In this document: positions 54,601 to 64,000 of the stretch, piece by piece
How the letters are laid out: the number at the start of each line of letters is the position of its first letter
Position numbering within the stretch: position 1 is the stretch's first letter
Source of the DNA: Auanema rhodensis
Lineage: Eukaryota; Animalia; Nematoda
Length of the DNA stretch: 64,000 nt
NCBI GenBank assembly: GCA_964057225.1
Contig: OZ059897.1
Location: forward strand, 17,980,001-18,044,000
Reading direction: 5' to 3'
Translations under genes and position numbers: made by a program
The notes under the pieces: generated by a model
Seen by the model: the letters and a program-made list of their open reading frames with translations, nothing else
What the model was told of the DNA's origin: nothing
The model's database searches: none

Positions 54601-57600
54601 TTGAGGATATAAGTGTGAACTTATATCAGATGATATCTCGGTGCATTTTTAAGCTAGCGCAAATCTGATAACACAGATCGACGCAGCTTAAAAATCCGCA
54701 TCGAATGCACTATACTACATTGAGAAACGCTTAATACAAAAATTAGTTATAATCGTTTGAAAAATGATGCATTAGTGTATGTTGAGTTTCCATGTACACT
54801 CAACATTGCTTCCAAAAACATTTTGACAAAAATTTTTTCGAAAAATTTCAAAATAATTTAGCAAAAAGTAGATGCTTTTAGATTCCATTTTCAAGGCAAA
54901 GACGATGGACAATGTTATTCAACGAAAAAATTAATTCTTCAGGGTGAAAATTGAGGATATAAGTGTGAACTTATATCAGATGATATCTCGGTGCATTTTT
55001 AAGCTAGCGCAAATCTGATAACACAGATCGACGCAGCTTAAAAATCCGCATCGAATGCACTATACTACATTGAGAAACGCTTAATACAAAAATTAGTTAT
55101 AATCGTTTGAAAAATGATGCATTAGTGTATGTTGAGTTTCCATGTACACTCAACATTGCTTCCAAAAACATTTTGACAAAAATTTTTTCGAAAAATTTCA
55201 AGATAGTTTAGCAAAAAGTAGATGTTTTTAGATTCCATTTTTCAAGGCAAAGACGATGGACAATGTTATTCAACGAAAAAATTAATTCTTCAGGGTGAAA
55301 ATTGAGGATATAAGTGCGAACTTATATCAGTTGATATCTCGGTGCATTTTTAAGCTAGCGCAAATCTGATAACACAGATCGACGCAGCTTAAAAATCCGC
55401 ATCGAATGCACTATACTACATTGAGAAACACTTGATACAAAAATTAGTTATGATCGTTTGAAAAATGATGCATTAGTGTATGTTGAGTTTCCAAGTACAC
55501 TCAACATTGCTTCCAAAAACATTTTGACAAAAATTTTTTCGAAAAATTTCAAAATAATTTAGCAAAAAGTAGATGTTTTTAGATTCCATTTTTCAAGGCG
55601 AAGACGATGGACAATGTTATTCAACGAAAAAATTAATTCTTCAGGGTGAAAATCGAGGATATAAGTGTGAACTTATATCAGTTGATATCTCGGTGCATTT
55701 TTAAGCTAGCGCAAATCTGATAACACAGATCGACGCAGCTTAAAAATCCGGATCGAATGCACTATACTACATTGAGAAACGCTTAATACAAAAATTAGTT
55801 ATGATCGTTTGAAAAATGATGCATTAGTGTATGTTGAGTTTCCATGTACACTCAACATTGCTTCCAAAAACATTTTGACAAAAATTTTTTCGAAAAATTT
55901 CAAAATAATTTAGCAAAAAGTAGATGCTTTTAGATTCCATTTTTCAAGGCAAAGACGATGGACAATGTTATTCAATGAAAAAATTAATTCTTCAGGGTGA
56001 AAATTGAGGATATAAGTGTGAACTTATATCAGTTGATATCTCGGTGCATTTTTAAGCTAGCGCAAATCTGATAACACAGATCGACGCAGCTTAAAAATCT
56101 GCATCGAATGCACTATACTACATTGAGAAACGCTTAATACAAAAATTAGTTATAATCGTTTGAAAAATGATGCATTAGTGTATGTTGAGTTTCCATGTAC
56201 ACTCAACATTGCTTCCAAAAACGTTTTGACAAAAATTTTTTCGAAAAATTTCAAAATAGTTTAGCAAAAAGTAGATGTTTTTAGATTCCATTTTTCAAGG
56301 CAAAGACGATGGACAATGTTATTCAACGAAAAAATTAATTCTTCAGGGTGAAAATTGAGGATATAAGTGTGAACTTATATCAGTTGATATCTCGGTGCAT
56401 TTTTAAGCTAGCGCAAATCTGATAACACAGATCGACGCAGCTTAAAAATCCGCATCGAATGCACTATACTACATCGAGAAACGCTTAATACAAAAATTAG
56501 TTATAATCGTTTGAAAAATGATGCATTAGTGTATGTTGAGTTTCCATGTACACTCAACATTGCTTCCAAAAACATTTTGACAAAAATTTTTTCGAAAAAT
56601 TTCAAAATAATTTAGCAAAAAGTAGATGTTTTTAGATTCCATTTTTCAAGGCAAAGACGATGGACAATGTTATTCAACGAAAAAATTAATTCTTCAGGGT
56701 GAAAATCGAGGATATAAGTGTGAACTTATATCAGTTGATATCTCGGTGCATTTTTAAGCTAGCGCAAATCTGATAACACAGATCGACGCAGCTTAAAAAT
56801 CCGCATCGAATGCACTATACTACATTGAGAAACGCTTAATACAAAAATTAGTTATAATCGTTTGAAAAATGATGCATTAGTGTATGTTGAGTTTCCATGT
56901 ACACTCAACATTGCTTCCAAAAACATTTTGACAAAAATTTTTTCGAAAAATTTCAAAATAATTTAGCAAAAAGTAGATGCTTTTAGATTCCATTTTTCAA
57001 GGCAAAGACGATGGACAATGTTATTCAACAAAAAAATTAATTCTTCAGGGTGAAAATTGAGGATATAAGTGTGAACTTATATCAGTTGATATCTCGGTGC
57101 ATTTTTAAGCTAGCGCAAATCTGATAACACAGATCGACGCAGCTTAAAAATCCGCATCGAATGCACTATACTACATTGAGAAACGCTTAATACAAAAATT
57201 AGTTATAATCGTTTGAAAAATGATGCATTAGTGTATGTTGAGTTTCCATGTACACTCAACATTGCTTCCAAAAACATTTTGACAAAAATTTTTTCGAAAA
57301 ATTTCAAAATAGTTTAGCAAAAAGTAGATGTTTTTAGATTCCATTTTTCAAGGCAAAGACGATGGACAATGTTATTCAACGAAAAAATTAATTCTTCAGG
57401 GTGAAAATTGAGGATATAAGTGCGAACTTATATCAGTTGATATCTCGGTGCATTTTTAAGCTAGCGCAAATCTGATAACACAGATCGACGCAGCTTAAAA
57501 ATCCGCATCGAATGCACTATACTACATTGAGAAACGCTTAATACAAAAATTAGTTATAATCGTTTGAAAAATGATGCATTAGTGTATGTTGAGTTTCCAT

Positions 57601-60600
57601 GTACACTCAACATTGCTTCCAAAAACATTTTGACAAAAATTTTTTCGAAAAATTTCAAAATAATTTAGCAAAAAGTAGATGCTTTTAGATTCCATTTTCA
57701 AGGCAAAGACGATGGACAATGTTATTCAACGAAAAAATTAATTCTTCAGGGTGAAAATTGAGGATATAAGTGTGAACTTATATCAGATGATATCTCGGTG
57801 CATTTTTAAGCTAGCGCAAATCTGATAACACAGATCGACGCAGCTTAAAAATCCGCATCGAATGCACTATACTACATTGAGAAACGCTTAATACAAAAAT
57901 TAGTTATAATCGTTTGAAAAATGATGCATTAGTGTATGTTGAGTTTCCATGTACACTCAACATTGCTTCCAAAAACATTTTGACAAAAATTTTTTCGAAA
58001 AATTTAAAGATAGTTTAGCAAAAAGTAGATGTTTTTAGATTCCATTTTTCAAGGCAAAGACGATGGACAATGTTATTCAACGAAAAAATTAATTCTTCAG
58101 GGTGAAAATTGAGGATATAAGTGTGAACTTATATCAGATGATATCTCGGTGCATTTTTAAGCTAGCGCAAATCTGATAACACAGATCGACGCAGCTTAAA
58201 AATCCGCATCGAATGCACTATACTACATTGAGAAACGCTTAATACAAAAATTAGTTATAATCGTTTGAAAAATGATGCATTAGTGTATGTTGAGTTTCCA
58301 TGTACACTCAACATTGCTTCCAAAAACATTTTGACAAAAATTTTTTCGAAAAATTTCAAGATAGTTTAGCAAAAAGTAGATGTTTTTAGATTCCATTTTT
58401 CAAGGCAAAGACGATGGACAATGTTATTCAACGAAAAAATTAATTCTTCAGGGTGAAAATTGAGGATATAAGTGCGAACTTATATCAGTTGATATCTCGG
58501 TGCATTTTTAAGCTAGCGCAAATCTGATAACACAGATCGACGCAGCTTAAAAATCCGCATCGAATGCACTATACTACATTGAGAAACGCTTAATACAAAA
58601 ATTAGTTATAATCGTTTGAAAAATGATGCATTAGTGTATGTTGAGTTTCCATGTACACTCAACATTGCTTCCAAAAACATTTTGACAAAAATTTTTTCGA
58701 AAAATTTCAAAATAGTTTAGCAAAAAGTAGATGTTTTTAGATTCCATTTTTCAAGGCAAAGACGATGGACAATGTTATTCAACGAAAAAATTAATTCTTC
58801 AGGGTGAAAATTGAGGATATAAGTGCGAACTTATATCAGTTGATATCTCGGTGCATTTTTAAGCTAGCGCAAATCTGATAACACAGATCGACGCAGCTTA
58901 AAAATCCGCATCGAATGCACTATACTACATTGAGAAACACTTGATACAAAAATTAGTTATAATCGTTTGAAAAATGATGCATTAGTGTATGTTGAGTTTC
59001 CAAGTACACTCAACATTGCTTCCAAAAACATTTTGACAAAAATTTTTTCGAAAAATTTCAAAATAATTTAGCAAAAAGTAGATGTTTTTAGATTCCATTT
59101 TTTAAGGCGAAGACGATGGACAATGTTATTCAACGAAAAAATTAATTCTTCAGGGTGAAAATCGAGGATATAAGTGTGAACTTATATCAGTTGATATCTC
59201 GGTGCATTTTTAAGCTAGCGCAAATCTGATAACACAGATCGACGCAGCTTAAAAATCCGCATCGAATGCACTATACTACATCGAGAAACGCTTAATACAA
59301 AAATTAGTTATAATCGTTTGAAAAATGATGCATTAGTGTATGTTGAGTTTCCATGTACACTCAACATTGCTTCCAAAAACATTTTGACAAAAATTTTTTC
59401 GAAAAATTTCAAAATAATTTAGCAAAAAGTAGATGTTTTTAGATTCCATTTTTCAAGGCAAAGACGATGGACAATGTTATTCAACGAAAAAATTAATTCT
59501 TCAGGGTGAAAATCGAGGATATAAGTGTGAACTTATATCAGTTGATATCTCGGTGCATTTTTAAGCTAGCGCAAATCTGATAACACAGATCGACGCAGCT
59601 TAAAAATCCGGATCGAATGCACTATACTACATTGAGAAACGCTTAATACAAAAATTAGTTATGATCGTTTGAAAAATGATGCATTAGTGTATGTTGAGTT
59701 TCCATGTACACTCAACATTGCTTCCAAAAACATTTTGACAAAAATTTTTTCGAAAAATTTCAAAATAATTTAGCAAAAAGTAGATGCTTTTAGATTCCAT
59801 TTTTCAAGGCAAAGACGATGGACAATGTTATTCAACGAAAAAATTAATTCTTCAGGGTGAAAATTGAGGATATAAGTGTGAACTTATATCAGTTGATATC
59901 TCGGTGCATTTTTAAGCTAGCGCAAATCTGATAACACAGATCGACGCAGCTTAAAAATCCGCATCGAATGCACTATACTACATTGAGAAACGCTTAATAC
60001 AAAAATTAGTTATAATCGTTTGAAAAATGATGCATTAGTGTATGTTGAGTTTCCATGTACACTCAACATTGCTTCCAAAAACGTTTTGACAAAAATTTTT
60101 TCGAAAAATTTCAAAATAGTTTAGCAAAAAGTAGATGTGTTTAGATTCCATTTTTCAAGGCAAAGACGATGGACAATGTTATTCAACGAAAAAATTAATT
60201 CTTCAGGGTGAAAATTGAGGATATAAGTGTGAACTTATATCAGTTGATATCTCGGTGCATTTTTAAGCTAGCGCAAATCTGATAACACAGATCGACGCAG
60301 CTTAAAAATCCGCATCGAATGCACTATACTACATCGAGAAACGCTTAATACAAAAATTAGTTATAATCGTTTGAAAAATGATGCATTAGTGTATGTTGAG
60401 TTTCCATGTACACTCAACATTGCTTCCAAAAACATTTTGACAAAAATTTTTTCGAAAAATTTCAAAATAATTTAGCAAAAAGTAGATGTTTTTAGATTCC
60501 ATTTTTCAAGGCAAAGACGATGGACAATGTTATTCAACGAAAAAATTAATTCTTCAGGGTGAAAATCGAGGATATAAGTGTGAACTTATATCAGTTGATA

Positions 60601-63600
60601 TCTCGGTGCATTTTTAAGCTAGCGCAAATCTGATAACACAGATCGACGCAGCTTAAAAATCCGCATCGAATGCACTATACTACATTGAGAAACGCTTAAT
60701 ACAAAAATTAGTTATAATCGTTTGAAAAATGATGCATTAGTGTATGTTGAGTTTCCATGTACACTCAACATTGCTTCCAAAAACATTTTGACAAAAATTT
60801 TTTCGAAAAATTTCAAAATAGTTTAGCAAAAAGTAGATGTTTTTAGATTCCATTTTTCAAGGCAAAGACGATGGACAATGTTATTCAACGAAAAAATTAA
60901 TTCTTCAGGGTGAAAATTGAGGATATAAGTGCGAACTTATATCAGTTGATATCTCGGTGCATTTTTAAGCTAGCGCAAATCTGATAACACAGATCGACGC
61001 AGCTTAAAAATCCGCATCGAATGCACTATACTACATTGAGAAACACTTGATACAAAAATTAGTTATGATCGTTTGAAAAATGATGCATTAGTGTATGTTG
61101 AGTTTCCAAGTACACTCAACATTGCTTCCAAAAACATTTTGACAAAAATTTTTTCGAAAAATTTCAAAATAATTTAGCAAAAAGTAGATGTTTTTAGATT
61201 CCATTTTTCAAGGCAAAGACGATGGACAATGTTATTCAACGAAAAAATTAATTCTTCAGGGTGAAAATTGAGGATATAAGTGCGAACTTATATCAGTTGA
61301 TATCTCGGTGCATTTTTAAGCTAGCGCAAATCTGATAACACAGATCGACGCAGCTTAAAAATCCGCATCGAATGCACTATACTACATTGAGAAACACTTG
61401 ATACAAAAATTAGTTATGATCGTTTGAAAAATGATGCATTAGTGTATGTTGAGTTTCCAAGTACACTCAACATTGCTTCCAAAAACATTTTGACAAAAAT
61501 TTTTTCGAAAAATTTCAAAATAATTTAGCAAAAAGTAGATGTTTTTAGATTCCATTTTTCAAGGCGAAGACGATGGACAATGTTATTCAACGAAAAAATT
61601 AATTCTTCAGGGTGAAAATCGAGGATATAAGTGTGAACTTATATCAGTTGATATCTCGGTGCATTTTTAAGCTAGCGCAAATCTGATAACACAGATCGAC
61701 GCAGCTTAAAAATCCGCATCGAATGCACTATACTACATCGAGAAACGCTTAATACAAAAATTAGTTATAATCGTTTGAAAAATGATGCATTAGTGTATGT
61801 TGAGTTTCCATGTACACTCAACATTGCTTCCAAAAACATTTTGACAAAAATTTTTTCGAAAAATTTCAAAATAATTTAGCAAAAAGTAGATGTTTTTAGA
61901 TTCCATTTTTCAAGGCAAAGACGATGGACAATGTTATTCAACGAAAAAATTAATTCTTCAGGGTGAAAATCGAGGATATAAGTGTGAACTTATATCAGTT
62001 GATATCTCGGTGCATTTTTAAGCTAGCGCAAATCTGATAACACAGATCGACGCAGCTTAAAAATCCGGATCGAATGCACTATACTACATTGAGAAACGCT
62101 TAATACAAAAATTAGTTATGATCGTTTGAAAAATGATGCATTAGTGTATGTTGAGTTTCCATGTACACTCAACATTGCTTCCAAAAACATTTTGACAAAA
62201 ATTTTTTCGAAAAATTTCAAAATAATTTAGCAAAAAGTAGATGCTTTTAGATTCCATTTTTCAAGGCAAAGACGATGGACAATGTTATTCAACGAAAAAA
62301 TTAATTCTTCAGGGTGAAAATTGAGGATATAAGTGTGAACTTATATCAGTTGATATCTCGGTGCATTTTTAAGCTAGCGCAAATCTGATAACACAGATCG
62401 ACGCAGCTTAAAAATCCGCATCGAATGCACTATACTACATTGAGAAACGCTTAATACAAAAATTAGTTATAATCGTTTGAAAAATGATGCATTAGTGTAT
62501 GTTGAGTTTCCATGTACACTCAACATTGCTTCCAAAAACGTTTTGACAAAAATTTTTTCGAAAAATTTCAAAATAGTTTAGCAAAAAGTAGATGTTTTTA
62601 GATTCCATTTTTCAAGGCAAAGACGATGGACAATGTTATTCAACGAAAAAATTAATTCTTCAGGGTGAAAATTGAGGATATAAGTGTGAACTTATATCAG
62701 TTGATATCTCGGTGCATTTTTAAGCTAGCGCAAATCTGATAACACAGATCGACGCAGCTTAAAAATCCGCATCGAATGCACTATACTACATCGAGAAACG
62801 CTTAATACAAAAATTAGTTATAATCGTTTGAAAAATGATGCATTAGTGTATGTTGAGTTTCCATGTACACTCAACATTGCTTCCAAAAACATTTTGACAA
62901 AAATTTTTTCGAAAAATTTCAAAATAGTTTAGCAAAAAGTAGATGTTTTTAGATTCCATTTTTCAAGGCAAAGACGATGGACAATGTTATTCAACGAAAA
63001 AATTAATTCTTCAGGGTGAAAATTGAGGATATAAGTGCGAACTTATATCAGTTGATATCTCGGTGCATTTTTAAGCTAGCGCAAATCTGATAACACAGAT
63101 CGACGCAGCTTAAAAATCCGCATCGAATGCACTATACTACATTGAGAAACACTTGATACAAAAATTAGTTATAATCGTTTGAAAAATGATGCATTAGTGT
63201 ATGTTGAGTTTCCAAGTACACTCAACATTGCTTCCAAAAACATTTTGACAAAAATTTTTTCGAAAAATTTCAAAATAATTTAGCAAAAAGTAGATGTTTT
63301 TAGATTCCATTTTTTAAGGCGAAGACGATGGACAATGTTATTCAACGAAAAAATTAATTCTTCAGGGTGAAAATCGAGGATATAAGTGTGAACTTATATC
63401 AGTTGATATCTCGGTGCATTTTTAAGCTAGCGCAAATCTGATAACACAGATCGACGCAGCTTAAAAATCCGCATCGAATGCACTATACTACATCGAGAAA
63501 CGCTTAATACAAAAATTAGTTATAATCGTTTGAAAAATGATGCATTAGTGTATGTTGAGTTTCCATGTACACTCAACATTGCTTCCAAAAACATTTTGAC

Positions 63601-64000
63601 AAAAATTTTTTCGAAAAATTTCAAAATAATTTAGCAAAAAGTAGATGTTTTTAGATTCCATTTTTCAAGGCAAAGACGATGGACAATGTTATTCAACGAA
63701 AAAATTAATTCTTCAGGGTGAAAATCGAGGATATAAGTGTGAACTTATATCAGTTGATATCTCGGTGCATTTTTAAGCTAGCGCAAATCTGATAACACAG
63801 ATCGACGCAGCTTAAAAATCCGGATCGAATGCACTATACTACATTGAGAAACGCTTAATACAAAAATTAGTTATGATCGTTTGAAAAATGATGCATTAGT
63901 GTATGTTGAGTTTCCATGTACACTCAACATTGCTTCCAAAAACATTTTGACAAAAATTTTTTCGAAAAATTTCAAAATAATTTAGCAAAAAGTAGATGCT

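Larger units (their letters stand above)
1..64000. repeat. Tandem satellite DNA array, 351-bp monomer, about 182.4 head-to-tail copies; runs off both window edges
   Basis: GCTTAATACAAAAATTAG (or its variants) recurs at 1, 352, 703, ... 63853. The offset of 63852 equals 182x351 minus 30 single-base deletions. I counted 29 of these in the CCATTTTTC tract and one G deletion near 44421. I saw no non-satellite sequence or inversion. Confidence 0.99.

Noticed and set aside
1-64000. CRISPR array
   Set aside because: No unique spacers; the entire 351-bp unit is repeated, and no cas genes are present.
1-64000. Array as a pure assembly or concatemer artefact
   Set aside because: Structured, regionally restricted and linked variants argue for a real evolved array. 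Individual perfect duplications still need read support.

Overview
The whole 64,000-bp window is one uninterrupted head-to-tail tandem satellite array, with all copies in the same orientation. The monomer is 351 bp and about 30.5% GC (107 G+C counted in copy 1). There are 182 complete copies plus a 148-bp partial copy starting at 63853. Thirty copies are 350 bp, which matches the start offset exactly (63852 = 182x351 - 30). Copies differ at roughly 15 recurrent sites plus scattered singletons, so they are about 98-100% identical. I found no protein-coding gene, tRNA, rRNA, CRISPR array or inserted transposon. The layout resembles a eukaryotic heterochromatic or (peri)centromeric satellite, but I cannot name the family or organism. 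Three things stand out. (1) The monomer is dense in dyad symmetry: a 67-nt hairpin of pre-miRNA size, a perfect 9-bp stem with a GNRA-type loop, a second 9-bp stem and a TCGA-centred palindrome, and the frequent variants mostly avoid the stems. (2) Local higher-order repeats with 2-, 4-, 5-, 7/8- and 9-monomer periods can be read from shared variants. (3) Many variants are CpG<->TpG/CpA changes. Monomer positions quoted below refer to copy 1 (window 1-351).
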